A stretch of DNA of 64,000 nt from Octopus vulgaris (taxonomy: Eukaryota), in NCBI GenBank assembly GCA_951406725.2, contig OX597815.1, positions 197,718,001 through 197,782,000 of the forward strand, written 5' to 3'. Positions 38,820 to 54,113 of this stretch are shown one piece after another. A program made the position numbers and the translations under genes. The notes below the pieces were generated by a model. The model saw nothing but the letters and a program-made list of their open reading frames with translations, did no database searches and was not told the origin of the DNA. How positions within the stretch are numbered: the first letter of the stretch is position 1; the number at the start of each line of letters is the position of its first letter.

Positions 38820-38875
38820 GATGATGATGATAAGGTTCGATGATGAGCTCTAATTAGGAAACCAGTAGGAATGTT
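38763..38875 (+). repeat. (AAT)n/(GAT)n tract followed by a degenerate hammerhead-like motif
   Basis: TTCG-ATGATGA-GCTCTAATTAG-GAAAC-CA-GTA-GGAA at 38836-38871. Confidence 0.55.
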
Positions 38876-39919
38876 TGGTGACCGTACACTTCATGCACGC
38901 AACTCCAATATATTGCTGACTGTTAATTGATCTATAATGTAAGAATCAAAGACTAAATTTACCCTGGTCACAAATGCTGTCGGAGCATGAATTTTGCTAC
39001 TAAATACACCAAGGGGATTTGTCCACTAATATACCAATTCTGGCTTTCATATTTTAAATCAATACGGTACAAATTGAAAGAAACACATCATGTAAATGAG
39101 ACACACTTATTGATGCCCGGTTATGCATTGAAATCATGAAGTAACACTAATGATGTGACGGTAATGATAATAACAATAGCAATAAAAATCAATGGTAAAT
39201 AAAAAATGATGATAAAAAATACGACAAAAATAATTTACAGAAACGAATACAAGAAAATAAGCACAAAAAAAAAAAGAGAAAATTAATTCAGAGTTTATTA
39301 TTAATTTCAAAACCACAATCCTGATTACATTCGGCCTGGATCAAATGTGCTTTGAAAATATTTGCTCAAAATAATTAGGTGCGAAGAAGATCAATAAAAA
39401 CGAAAGATAAAAATTGAGTTGTGAAGAGATTGAGGATAAAAAGAAGGGAATGTGGTTGTAAAAACGTGTGAGAGAAGAGATATAGGAAAATATTTTCTTT
39501 TTCAGCATTGATGTGTAAATCTCAAAGGATATTTAAAATTACAAATACAATTATGTCGACAGTATTGCATGGAAATTACTGTGAACATATTTTTTTAATG
39601 TTTTATTTGGAATTGGTTAATAATTTTACAATTTATTTTGTAAGTTTTATCATTCAACATATAGGTTTATAATACAAATATTTTTCGAAGTAGGAAGAAG
39701 CCCAATTGAGGAATGTTTATTGCTTATCTATCAATATTGACAACAACGAATGCTTATGTGTCTGTTTGTATTAGTGATTTATTCAAAAGATTAAAAAAAA
39801 ACTAACATAAGATTTTCTATAGTACTGACTGGTACCTTTTATCGGCAAAAATGTAATAATGGTATAACTATGGAACATTCAAAGAATGTTTAATGCGAGA
39901 GAACAGTCTTCTTATCGGT

Positions 39920-40235
39920 ACACACAGAAACACACAGACTCACACATATACACACAGAGACACACAGACACACACACAGACACACACACAGACACACACA
40001 GCAACACAGACACACACACATGCACACAGAGACACACAGACAGACACACATACACATAGAGACACATCAACACACACACGCATCACGCAGGCACATCACA
40101 TACACGCACACATCAACACACACACGCGCGCACACATACACAGACATACATAAATGTATTTATACATAATATATATGCAAATACACATGTAATATTTATG
40201 TAAATACACACAAACACACACACATATACACACAA
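39920..40235. repeat. CA/CAGA-rich simple repeat
   Basis: Direct reading. Confidence 0.9.
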
Positions 40236-40247
40236 GAAGACGCTTGC

Positions 40248-40345
40248 CCTGCGTGGCATCTTGGGCAAGTGTCTTCTGCTATAGCCCCGGGCCGACCAAT
40301 GCCTTGTGAGTGGATTTGGTAGACGGAAACTGAAAGAAGCCTGTC

Positions 40346-40400
<55 letters not shown>

Positions 40401-40631
40401 TGTGTGTGTATATGTTTGTGTATCTGTGTTTGTCCCCCTAGCATTGCTTGACAACCGATGCTGGTGTGTTTACGTCCCCGTCACTTAGCAGTTCGGCAAA
40501 AGAGACCGATAGAATAAGTACTGGGCTTACAAAGAATAAGTCCCGGGGTCGATTTGCTCGACTAAAGGCGGTGCTCCAGCATGGCCGCAGTCAAATGACT
40601 GAAACAAGTAAAAGAGTAAAGAGTAAAGAGT
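40248..40631 (+). mobile_element. SINE family A, 5'-truncated, young
   Basis: Nearly identical to the body of 13014-13434. Confidence 0.93.
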
Positions 40632-40666
40632 ATGCAGACATACATACATTCATACATACATATATG

Positions 40667-40710
<44 letters not shown>

Positions 40711-41207
40711 CTAAATCAGAAATTAAAAGGCAAACGGCTTGGCAAAATGTGACGTACATACATACATCCAGACATACATACATACATACATACATACATA
40801 CATACATACATACATACATACATACATACATACATACATACATACATTCATACATACATACATACATACAGATAGACAGACAAACAAAAGTAATACCACT
40901 ACGACATGAATTTGCTTATTGAATTCAAAAACAATAAATCTTGAAACTTTCGGCAGATATATGTTTATTTGAAATCGTCGTTAAATTGGAAACGAAATTG
41001 ATACAATATTTCCAGAAATAATGCATTGTGATATTTCGGGACATAATGTAGGAGCACAGAGATCCGTTCATGTCTATATCACATTTATAGAAACAGAAAA
41101 TTTTAAAAAAATACGACCATCTTAGTTTGATAGCCATTTTAATCAATCATATGTGTTGGTTATATACAAATTGCGACTACTAAGGAATAGCACATATTCT
41201 AATATAA

Positions 41208-41264
<57 letters not shown>

Positions 41265-41419
41265 TGTGTGTGTGTGCGCGCGTATATATAGTGATAATTT
41301 ACAAAAATATAACAAAAGATGAAGACGGGTGTGTAAACAACAAACAGATGTATTAGTTTAACGCTCGGAAAGTGAGATTCTCCCACGTTATTATATATCA
41401 TATATCGCAATATAAATTC

Positions 41420-41490
<71 letters not shown>

Positions 41491-41549
41491 TGAGTATGTG
41501 TGTGTGTATGCATATGTGTGTATATATATGTAGGTAGATAGATAGATAA

Positions 41550-41900
41550 GCGCAGGTGTGACTTCTAAACCACGTGTTTCCAGGTTCTGTTCCACCACGT
41601 GGAACCTTACGTGAGTTCTATTTTAACTTTGGGTCGACTAAAGCCTTGCGAGTGGATTTGGTAGACGAAAACAGAAAGAAACCCTTCGTACATGTATATC
41701 AGTATGTGTACCTTTGTGTAGGCGTTTTTCCCCATCAGCAGTGTTGGTTTCTTTATTTAGCAGTTCGGTAAAATATACTAGTAGAATAAGTACAAGGCTT
41801 AAAAAGTAAGACTCGAGGTCGACTTCTTCGATCAAATCCCTAGAAGACAGTCCCTCACGTTAACTGCAGTCAAATGACTGAAACAATTAGAAGAAAAAAG
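41550..41900 (+). mobile_element. SINE family A, old degraded copy
   Basis: GAGTGGATTTGGTAGACG and GCAGTCAAATGACTGAAAC motifs. Confidence 0.8.
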
Positions 41901-41927
41901 TATATTTATAGATATTAACATGTATAA

Positions 41928-42370
41928 ACTTAGATATGTTTCGACCAAAGATTGGTCCAGGCCATGTCTAATTTAATAGCACCACCTGATATGATTACTC
42001 GTATCCTGTTTAAGTCAAGTTTTGTTTAAGTCAAGTTTTGTTCAAGTAGCAAGTTCTTGTTGGGTGAGTTGTATCAAGTTTTGTTCAAGTAGTGAGTTCT
42101 TGTTGGGTGAGTTGTATCCAATTATGGGTGGCTTATCTGGTATTCTTTGAAGGAATCTATCCAGACTCCGTTTAAAATTGATGGGATCCTTTTCCTCTTT
42201 GATCTCCCTCGGGACAATGTTAAATAGGGCAGGGCCTGTTGAGGAAAATAAATTATGCTGCAGTGTACATGTACGTTGTGATCTTGATTTGGGGAGGGGA
42301 CGTATGACCCGTGGTCCCAGTCTTTGATGAACCTTGAAGCTAATGTTAAGGTCGTTTGGGCATGTAAAAC
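41928..42370 (-). mobile_element. CR1-group LINE 3' end
   Basis: LQHNLFSSTGPALFNIVP..FKRSLDRFLQRIPDKP..YNSPNKNSLLE plus tail; small internal tandem duplications at 42010-42120. Confidence 0.85.
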
Positions 42371-42404
42371 TCATATAAATTAAAACTCATATCAATTAAA
42401 TAAC

Positions 42405-42720
42405 TTATATAAGTAATCAGCCAAGGTTCGGACCAGACTATATCTAATTAATAACACCAACTGATAGGAACCGTGAAGTCATTTTAAAGTCAAGTTTGTG
42501 GTATCATGGCTCATCCAAGTAATGAGTTGTTGACTGAGATGTATCCAGATTTAGCTGGTTTATCTGGAATCCCTTGAAGAAGTCTTTCCAGATTTCGTTT
42601 GAAGGTGATGGGAATGTTTCTAGGCTCTGCTGGATTGAGGAAAGGAAATTGTGTTGCAGTAAATTTATGTGCTGTGAACCTGAATAACGTATGATACGTG
42701 GTTCAGGATCGACTTTTAAA
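42405..42720 (-). mobile_element. Second, older CR1-group 3' end in tandem
   Basis: Homologous tail and IPDKP-coding segment. Confidence 0.7.
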
Positions 42721-44227
42721 AATCAGTAAGAGGTTACAGAGGGTTTCATGTTATAAATACTGAAAAATATTGCAACTCTATCTCACGCCACACAAACAAC
42801 ATCATGGACTTGTGCTCTCAACAGCAATACGCAGCTTCAGTATCATGCAGGTGAATAAGTTCTGAGATATTTCCATTCTCCCCCGATTTGATATGCCCCA
42901 TAAAACATCTATCTCTGCTGTGTGATTAACTTTGAGGTGGTTGTTGCACAAAATAAATATTATACTTGAAATGATTTTAAGCTCATTTCTTGGTGATATT
43001 CGATATTTTACGCTTATTATACAGGAAGTGAGTACTTATTTGAAGCAAATACATACAACGTTGTTAATACAATAGGTTTTGTCAATAGAGATGATCAAAT
43101 ATCTCCCGACTGAAGTAGAGCGCAATTTAAATCCACGAAATTTATTTATATCTCTTTACTGAAAATTTATAATAATTCATTATTAATATCCCAATAAAAT
43201 ACCATAAACACTAAAATGCGAGTTAATTTGAAATGATAATATACTGAAGCGAAATTTGTCAATAATTATCTAGTTTGTATCGAGTTAATTCTTATCATTA
43301 ACATCCGCAGAAAATAATTGACGCATAAGGAAAAGTACATGTCATAAATGTATTGAATTTCAGCTTCTTGCTTCTTTTGAAGACAAAAGTACTTATAGCT
43401 ATTGGATACAATATCTCAGATTTTATTAGAAATACTTCTTTACGTGGAATGCGAGTCATTAGTATATCGATAGCAATCAAACTAATGTTCAGATCGGGAT
43501 TTATTTAAATACATTTGTCTACACAATATATATCGATGAGTACGACATTCCTTATTCTTAAATTATTTTACCTTTCAAATGTAAATAACGAGAAAATATT
43601 AATTTCTTTGATAAGTGCCTTATTTTCTGTTGGCGTAGATCTTAGGATCCGGTCCGTTGCAAATTTCACAGTCAGAAAGATACAGTGATACCGATGAGAA
43701 ATCAATCCTTAGAGAATTGTTGTGTTATGCGAATATTTAAAAGGAATATAATTTGAACAGATCTTAATAGTGTGTCGAAAATGCACATATGACAGAAGTG
43801 TATTCATATATTTACAGTTGTTCCAACGGAAACTTCGTATTATCGGACATCGTATATATGTCAAATCAATGACAAGAATATTGTTTTAATTCAATATATA
43901 TCTGAGTGGAAGTTAGCCACATATTACGAATGGAATAAAGGCAATTTACTTGCACTAACATTATCCAATATTTTGTTTTATCATTGCTTCATTTGAATAT
44001 ATGTTTTTGTTTTCAAAACACTGCAACTAAGTAACTGAGTTTGATAAAAAAAAATCTATCAGTCTTCTCCGAATTAAATCCTTATTGATAATTGGCATAA
44101 TGTATCGTGGACAGCGTCATATTTTATTTACTTCTACATTTTAGTAAACTTACGTTTGCACACAGATTGATCTGCATTAAAACACAAATACACACGAATA
44201 ATTATGTATATATATTTTGTCATTCTT

Positions 44228-44230
44228 TCT

Positions 44231-44284
<54 letters not shown>

Positions 44285-44293
44285 TATATACAT

Positions 44294-44372
<79 letters not shown>

Positions 44373-44379
44373 ATATATG

Positions 44380-44417
<38 letters not shown>

Positions 44418-45027
44418 TATACACATATAAATATGTACTCGTGTGCGTATCAAAGCATATATTTGTATAATGTGTCCGTTTTATTAGATATTTATATTGA
44501 ATATAGAGTTAGCACGTCTAGATACGTAATTTTATGGCTGATGTAGCATCTTCCAGAATATCTATAATTCATTGATCACTTCATCACAGTCAGCGATTAA
44601 ATATAAATCTATACTCGACAGCAAAACCAATTCAGCATTCAATATCGAAATTAAATATATTTTAGAGAGTTTCAAACTAAAATTATTCAGTTTCCTGGTC
44701 AGATGTAATATCTAACAATTTCTTTCTATATATATGAAATAACAATTTCATAAATTTAAATTTCGCCTGAGAACATGTATGATAAATCTTCAGATATCGT
44801 GTTAAAATTAGCTTTATAAAACTATTTCCTATTGATTTCGCATTAGTTTTTTTTTCAAGCAACATCTTTATTATACTTGCTTATAGTTATTTATAAAATA
44901 TATTTTAAAAACACATACTCAGAGACACACATACACGCACACATAAGCACGCATGAACATGAAGATAAATGTGTATATGCGTGTGTATATGTCTAGCCGT
45001 GTACACACACACACTCATATATATACG

Positions 45028-45059
<32 letters not shown>

Positions 45060-45215
45060 CATATATATATACATACATATATACATATATATGCATACAT
45101 ATATATATATATACATACATATATATATATATATACATATATATATATGTATATATATATGTGTGTATATATATATATATATATACATACATATATATAC
45201 ATATACAAAATATAT
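44228..45215. repeat. TA/CA microsatellite fields (44228-44435 and 44910-45215)
   Basis: Direct reading. Confidence 0.9.
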
Positions 45216-45531
45216 ATTAATGCATTATATCAATGAACCATTATGAAGAAAAAGATCAAAACTGATTTTAGAGCAACAGAACAGATTTCATCAACTCTTG
45301 TTTTGCTTTCGAACTGAATTTTCTTTGCGTTAACGGAAAAAAAAAAATAAAATACTTTCTGTATTTGACGTAAAGGAAATTTTCTGGGAGAATTTCAAGA
45401 CAACAATCTACTTTTAATAATTGACGTGGAAGTTTTCTCTTTCTACTTTTTAAAGTAATCTTTTATTTGTATCATTGAAATATTTCTGTATTGCGTGTAT
45501 ATCCTAATAAAAGAAATATCGAAAAACACAA

Positions 45532-46140
45532 ATTTACCGGAACTGTTAATCAATCATGTTGACAGAGGTAATCCGTTTGGGATTATTTGAATTATTAACG
45601 AAGTAAACATCTGAAACCTAATAAACAAACTTTAAAACATTATTTTCATAAATCTGTAAATACTCGAAAATAAGCATAAATAAATACACATACTCGCTCA
45701 TCAGTAGAGTTTCTCTTTGAAAGCAAATGTTTTAGAAGTGAAAATCACAACATGTATATGTTACAAAATACGGACATGTATTTCGATTATAATTACTGGT
45801 GCAAAGGATCAAATATATCAGAGAAGTAGGAACCGTCTAGCTCTAATAATGAGCTAATAACATGTAAATTATAAACATTAAAAACTAGATATAAAATCTA
45901 TAAGTTAGAATTACACAGTTTCATTTTAGATATTACATATTATTTATTTCTATATCATTGTCATATCTTTCTTTTTCCCAGCATTATATAAAGCCATATT
46001 GCATAATTGTCTTCATAGTTCCTTTCGACAACATTCCTTATAATAAGTTTGCTGCTTATAAGAATATTTCGGCTAATTCTTCAACGTATAATGTAAATTA
46101 TTGCTTCATACATGTAAATTATGTAAATAACTACTTACCA
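45532..46140 (+). repeat. Local direct duplication, copy 1 (copy 2 at 49284-49830)
   Basis: First ~150 bp near identical; the remainder is clearly homologous but diverged. Confidence 0.9.
45538..45610 (-). other. Candidate 73-nt non-coding exon, copy 1
   Basis: tttgtttattaggtttcag|ATGTTT...TTCCG|gtaaat; stop codons in all three frames. Confidence 0.4.
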
Positions 46141-47326
46141 CTTCTAAATTATGGATTTACAATATGACAAAGAAAGTGAAATCAATGATTCAAAATGTTT
46201 AGGACGCGATATAAGTTTAATCTTATCAGACGATAAACATTCATTTAGAGCAATGATGCACGAGTCCCTACCTCGCGCTTTCAAATATTGTAAATCCTGT
46301 AATATATACATATACAAAATTGGAGCTACCTTCACAAACAGAGATGTAGGTGCTTTTGTTATTCATTAATTCATAGAATAGTTGGTGTAAGGTTGCATTT
46401 TACTCATGTTAAAGAAATGATTACTATTCCAGTCTAAACATTGAATTCATCTGTGACATTAAAACTTTGCAACGACATATAACTACTTTCTTGAATCGTG
46501 AAGTAGTAGTACTTTATTGAAATTTCTATAATACATCCATATCAATATTTCTAAACACACATACCTGCATGAAAATAATAAAGATTCATTCAATTTATAG
46601 GGTAATAAAACAATAGAAATTAATTAACATAAACGGGGTAATTAGCAATATGAAATATAAATTTTATGTTATTTAGTTTTATGCGGCAATAATTCAAGTG
46701 TAATTTTTCCTATATCGCTGTATTATTTTAGAAGCGAATTATCTTTCAAATAAATTAGGAAAAAGTAATAAAACTTTGAACGTGTAATTGTAAATCATAT
46801 AACATAGAAGAATCTAAAACATACACGAATATAAAACCATTAAATCAGTTCTGTCCCTTGTACGCAGAGGGAAATGTTTTCTTATATAATTTGATTAGCA
46901 GTATTTCAGAGAAATCTTTCAAAATGTCTTTCCGTCTCTGCCACACTTCAGGAGACATTTCTCAAAAATGGTATCTCAATTCCATCTTTATAAATATTCA
47001 GAGAAGTCTTATTTTTCCCGGTATTATGCGATAAATTTTCCATTATACTTTACAAAGTTAATCAGAGGCATTGTATAGTCAAGAGCTACAAATAAGTTCA
47101 TGCACTCGTCTAGACACATTTTTATTGTATGTCTAGTATCGCCATACAATCTTAGACTCTGAGCTCCTGTTGTAAATCAGGACTGTAGAACAAGAGAAGT
47201 TATGAGAAAGGAAAAAAAAACGAGAAGTTGGTCGCTAAAAAGGGAAGGCTGGATAAAAAAGGAAAAGAAACGAAAAAGAGAAAAGAAGAAAGAGAACTAA
47301 AGTTATGTTCACTTTGGACGTACAAC

Positions 47327-47540
47327 CTATTTCTTTACTACCCACAAGGGGCTAAACATAGATGGGACAAACAATGACAGACATAGGTATTAAGTCGATT
47401 ACATCGACCCCAGTGCGTATCTGGTACTTATTTAATCGACCCTGAAAGGATGAAAGGCAAAGTCGACCTCGGCGGAATTTGAACTCACAGCGTAACGGCA
47501 GACGAAATACCGGTAAGCATTTCGCCCGGCGTGCTAACAA
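47327..47540 (-). mobile_element. SINE family B
   Basis: Reverse complement of 37733-37953. Confidence 0.9.
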
Positions 47541-48435
47541 CCGTCATAAAGTTAGTTGTTGCAGAATTAATGGAGAGGGATCTAAAGTCTGCAATACTGC
47601 TGCTCAAATCAGAGAGGGAGGTGCCCTTCAATATGGTAAAAGAAACTTTGTCCAAATGTTTAAATTTTCCACCAATTACTGATCTGGAATTCAACAGTAT
47701 GGTAGGAATCTTACCTCTAAAAAGACATATAATATTTCAAGTCGCATTTCTTAGATCCACTAATCCATATGACATGGATTAGTGTAGGTTATTCCACTTG
47801 ATTGTATATGGCGTGGAGTTGATCATCAAACTCCGCTCGTGGAAAGCTAACTTCGTAACTTTACTTTACTTTGCCGGTATTAATATTGATGATTTGCACA
47901 TCAAAAGATGTATAGACATGTGAAAGTGTAATTAAATGGCTCGTAACCGAGAACAATGGAACGAAAATGTGATTTACGTCATATTTACGCTTTGGAGAGA
48001 GCGCCAAATGCTCAGACATGGTAAATTCATGTATTGAATTACTCAGCGAGGAAACGGCACAAGAGACTTCTCACGGAACGTGTGACGTTGAAGAGCTAGC
48101 TAGATCAGAATGGTGGAAGGCAAATGGAAGCGGGAAAAGTATGAGAATGATGAGAAAGGAATTTAAAGAGAAGAAGAGATACAAGCGCCTGTGCACGTCT
48201 GTAAGCTTTGGAGAGGAAAATAATCAGTGGCAGGTAAGATGTTAAACGGAAATGCCAAATGAAAAAAAAATGAGCGAGAAATATTGTGTGTACGCTGGTA
48301 AATATGCTTTCATGGGTGAGCTTTCTTGGGCAGAGATATAGGAGAATAATGTGAAAATACATACGGACATGCATGAACACACACACATATACAGAGAGGG
48401 AGAGAGAGAGAGATTGACAGATAGATAGATAAATA

Positions 48436-48652
48436 CTTTTTTTTGTGACCCCCTTCGGTCATGAATGACCATGGGATTGCACCTAGAAAGTTACCCTCCT
48501 AGACACAAGTCTGGGCAAGGTTGTTTATGGAAGACCAGCAGTCGCCCATGCATACCAGCCTCCCCTCTCCACGCCACCTGTGTTATCTAAGGGAAAGACA
48601 AAGGTCGATACAGCTTGGCACCAGTGACGTCGCAACTCATTTCTACAGCTGA
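48436..48652 (-). mobile_element. SINE 3' fragment, related to family C
   Basis: Minus CTCAGCTGTAGAAATGAGT...GCATGGGCGACTGCTGGTCTTCC...tail. Confidence 0.65.
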
Positions 48653-49097
48653 GATAGATAAATATACGTTGGTTAATAGAATACAAGTGAAGAGAGGACA
48701 GCTGCAAAAACGCTAGAGATTATGGAAATTCATTCAAAATGAAATTTAAATTTTCATACAGTTAGTGTTTCACTAAAGCATTTAACAGTCCTTTAGAATC
48801 TGAAAGAAACCGCTCAAAATTTAACTTAATGTAAGCAACATACGTACTGAAAGGCAGAAATATAATGATCCACGTATGTTGATTCCAAATCAATGTCAGA
48901 CTGACCTAAATGTAATAAATGAAAACAAAGTTATATAGAAAGATGTCTACCATTTATATTAAGATAGAATAATACATCCACTGAGAATGACCTTGATTAA
49001 ACTTCTGGCACAATCACATTACAATAGAAGAGATGAAATTCTTATGTATACATACATACCTGTATGTATCAAGCATCCATACTTGCTTCTATCTCCA

Positions 49098-49164
<67 letters not shown>

Positions 49165-49283
49165 ATATCTATCTATCTATCTATATATATATATATATAT
49201 TTACATGCATGTATACCTAGGAATTTCATCTATATCATGTATAATGTGTGTATGTATGTACATTTGTATTTATATATATGCAC

Positions 49284-49830
49284 ATTTACCGGAACTGTTA
49301 ATCAATCATGTTGACAGAGGTAATCCGTTTGGGATTATTTGAATTATTAACGAAGTAAACATCTGAATTCTAATAAACAAACTTTAAAACATTATTTTCA
49401 TAAATCTGTAAATACTTGAAAATAAGCATAAATACGTACAGACACTTGATCAGCAGTAGAGTTTCTCTTTGAAAGTAAATGCTTCAGAAAGAAAAATAAT
49501 AACAATATGAATATGTTACAAAATGCGGACATGTATTCGATAATATTCAGACGCGTAAATTATACAAATATTAAAAACTAGATATTAGAATATAAATCTA
49601 ATATAGGACTACTCAGCATTATGTTAAATACTATATATATTTACATTTTTAATAACAGCATCATATCTTTTTTTCAAAACAAGAGATTTTACATAATTAT
49701 TTTCACACTTCTAACGACATTCTTCCTAATAATAAACATACCGCTTATAACAATATATCGGTTAATTCTTCCAAGTACAACCACGATTATAGCGTCACGC
49801 ACATAAAATGTGTAAATATTTACTTATATC
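49284..49830 (+). repeat. Local direct duplication, copy 2
   Basis: See 45532-46140. Confidence 0.9.
49290..49362 (-). other. Candidate 73-nt non-coding exon, copy 2
   Basis: tttgtttattagaattcag|ATGTTT...TTCCG|gtaaat; identical to copy 1 within the 73 nt. Confidence 0.4.
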
Positions 49831-50089
49831 TTTCATAAAACACCCGTAAATTTCATTTGGTACTACCATATTTCCCTGTTAAATTATTCAATCTAAACAT
49901 ATTTTTTTATTCATAAACTACTATTATGCAATATGTGAATTTTAATTGATGAATTTAATTTCAATAGCTAAAGGAAGCTGGAAAACATGACTATATTAAG
50001 GGACACACCTGCGATGATACTCCTCACATTCTGGTATATATTGAGTGTTTAAAGGTGTATGTTTTGAAGAGATTTTCCCCAGACAAAAA

Positions 50090-50490
<401 letters not shown>

Positions 50491-50525
50491 GTTTCGTTTA
50501 TATCTATGTGTTGCGTACATGTATA

Positions 50526-50958
50526 CAGAGCGCGTTCAATAAATTGTCTTTTAATTTACGCAAAAATTAAAACACCACTGATATCTCATTTTAAAAGATA
50601 TAACTAAAATTACAGAAAAATATCTTGAAATGCTAAAGAGTAAATTTGTTCAATAAAATCGTCATTGGCTTCAATCACGATCTCCCATCAACTTCAAAAT
50701 CTCCTGCTACTCTTCTGGATTGTCTCGTTGTTGAAGTTGGTAAATGCTTCTATAATTGTTGCCCTCAGTTCATCTTTGATGTTACAAGGAGTTTTGTTGG
50801 TATCTCGCTCAATTTTGCCCCACATATAATAATCAAGAGAGTTGGAGTCTGGTGAGTTAGGTGTGATGTGATCGCAGAAACTCTCTGATAACCATGACTC
50901 TGTTCTCCTGCTTGTGTGGCATGGGGTAGATTCCTGTTGCCAGACATAGTGCCTTCCA
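50526..50958 (-). mobile_element. Tc1-group (maT/DD37D-like) transposase C-terminal remnant with one TIR
   Basis: YVWQQESTPCHTSRRTESWL..PNSPDSNSLDYYMWG..DELRATI; TA|CAGAGCGCGTTCAATAAATTGTC end. Confidence 0.85.
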
Positions 50959-50959
50959 G

Positions 50960-51132
50960 CAGTCTTCCTTTTCTGTTGGACTTTCCTCTGTCTCCTGTTT
51001 CTGAAGAAGAGCCTTGCTCGAAACGTAAAGCGACCTTTCTTTCTTTCCCTGAGTGTCTTGTTAATACTTTGCATGTACTACGTCCTCGGGATGTTGTTTT
51101 TCTCTTGTGTTTTTTCTTCATTCTTTTCTTTT
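50960..51132 (+). mobile_element. PLE terminal remnant; same family as 55575-55800
   Basis: Contains the hammerhead at 50997-51031; reverse-complement similarity to 55575-55800. Confidence 0.7.
50997..51031 (+). ncRNA. Minimal type I hammerhead ribozyme, core intact
   Basis: GUUU-CUGAAGA-A-GAGC-CUU-GCUC-GAAAC-GUA-AAGC. Confidence 0.75.
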
Positions 51133-52044
51133 AATAATTATATACAGGACTGGTTGCGTGGTAAATAGATTGCTTACTGCTACCAAGTTGTCGCGTTGTT
51201 TTCGTCGCGATGGAAGTCAGGACGTATACGAAAAATTGAACATTTGAAGTACGACCACATGTAAAGCATTTGTTTTTTGGGAGCTTAGTGAAGTCTGTTG
51301 CCTGTATGGTTATTATTTTTTCGAACAAGGGTCTTCACTGGGTTCCAGACATTTGTTTCCAGTGGTCGTACTCACTTTTTAGTGAGAATTGTGTGTTTTT
51401 GGGATGTGTGTCCTTCAAAAAATTTATGATCTATGTGACTGTGTGCACTTTGTGGATTTTACCAATTGGAGTACAACCAGAATTTTACCATTTGGAGTAT
51501 TTTACCATTTGGAGTACAACCAGGAATATTTTGCTGCAAGAGATTTTTAACTGTGCTACAAAGGATTACCAGAAATGAATTTTGTTGTCATTTGAACTGT
51601 CTTCCTTCGTTCCTTTTCTCTTGTCTGTCTTTCTGCTCTATTTTGTGTTTGCATTAGAGACTTTTATTTGAACATTTTTGATTTGTCGTGAACATTTATA
51701 TTTTAGTTTAATTTATTAATGGCAACCACATGTAAGAAAGCCTTGGAGTGGTGAATTGTGGCCCCCAAGTAGTGGTTAAAAAAACTATGATGAGAGAACG
51801 GTGTTGTTGCGGACCTATTGCAAGGTCCGCGACACCATCTGTGTATTACCTCAGAGTGAAATAGAAAAAGAGTTGGCGGCATTTTGTGCCAACATATAGG
51901 TTCATCCGTAGGGGTGCAAAGTACGCAATGGTGTGCATGCTTTTCGACAACCCCACGGAGGCTCAGAAATTTGCGAGCCAACCTATAGATGGGAGGAAGA
52001 TTTTGTTTCTCTCCACTTACGGTGGGCGTAAATTTGCATGTATG

Positions 52045-52075
<31 letters not shown>

Positions 52076-52669
52076 GCATTTATCAATACACACACACACA
52101 CGCGTATATAGAGAATTTAATCCGCACTCCACCGTTTTTGACTTACTCATATTCCTTTTCATCATTTTAAAATTCTTTTTTCTTTACATCGTCTATTTTG
52201 TTCTCTCATTTAAAAATCTTATCAGAGAAAGGTTTTCAATTGAACTTATCTGAGATAAGATCAACACGGGCAAATTCAACTGGGGGGATTGGGGTTGGCA
52301 CTGAAATATCAGAGAACCCCTAAGATTTAAGACGTTCCTATTATCTTACATTCCTGATTATCTCTGAGAAGGGAATTTGAATTATAAATACATTATTGAT
52401 TTGCTAAATTATTTCATGTCAGCTTCGTCATTATATTATTGCGAAAAAGTGGATAAAAATTTGAGATATTTAGTTTTTGTGTGCATGCGGCTGTAGTACA
52501 TGTGCACAAGAGCGTGTGTGTGTGTATGAATATCTAATCCTTATCTTTATCAAGACAAAACTACGGTGTGCTTCTAACTTAACTTACTCGATCGACGTTT
52601 ATTTGTTGAATTCATGAAAAGTAATATCGATAAAATCGGTATTGCTTCAACCTTTCTTCTCAGTGAAAC

Positions 52670-53200
<531 letters not shown>

Positions 53201-53602
53201 GAATTTTTGTTATTCCGATTTACTTTCTTTATGTGTCGTTCCTAATTGTAGGAGAGAAATTTACAAGGTGAACATTCTCATAAACAAGACAGTTTAGTAT
53301 CACATTAGAGTATTTTGCTTAGAAAGAATCCTTAATTATATTGAAAGAGAAGGATAATACATTGTTATCGCCTCCACTTTTTTCTTACCACAATTTCGTA
53401 TATTTTTCAATCCATTTCGAGGGAGAAAAAACGTGTTACCGTTCTGAAAACTTGAGAATGGTTTCTAGTGCATGAACTACAATTTCATACGAGAAAAGAA
53501 CAAAACTCATTGCTAGAGTTATAATTAAGTACAATACGGCTTATATTTCACAACAACAGGAACAAAAGAAAGAACAATGTATATATAAATACATGAATAT
53601 AA

Positions 53603-53640
<38 letters not shown>

Positions 53641-54058
53641 GGGTGTATGTGTTTCTATATATATATATATATATATATCTGTGTGTATGTGTGTGTGTGT
53701 ATAGTTCAAATTTACGATAATAGAAGATGAAGGCTGGTTAAAGAACAACAAGCAGATGTATTATTTTAACACTCTGGAACAATGTTGACTGATTTGTGAC
53801 ATGAGACTAGCATGGTTGTAGATATCTCTTTAATATCAGGGCCAAGCAACATTTAGTCATAAGCAAACTTTAATTTAGGTAAAATATGATTTTTTTTTTG
53901 ATGTCTGAGAATCCGATAGGTGGCGCCTCTGGACAGATCTGGTTTGTTTACACCGTTTTACCAAAAGAAAGAATTTGTTTTCCACGTTAACCTTAGTGAA
54001 TTCGTCTTTTAACAAATATGTGTCAGAAATCTATGTTAACGAACATAAAGTTTGCATA

Positions 54059-54113
<55 letters not shown>

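Noticed and set aside
47531-48245. 83-aa and 75-aa ORFs, the latter with CAG|GTAAG near its end
   Set aside because: No recognisable motifs; the first starts inside a SINE; a lone donor is insufficient evidence
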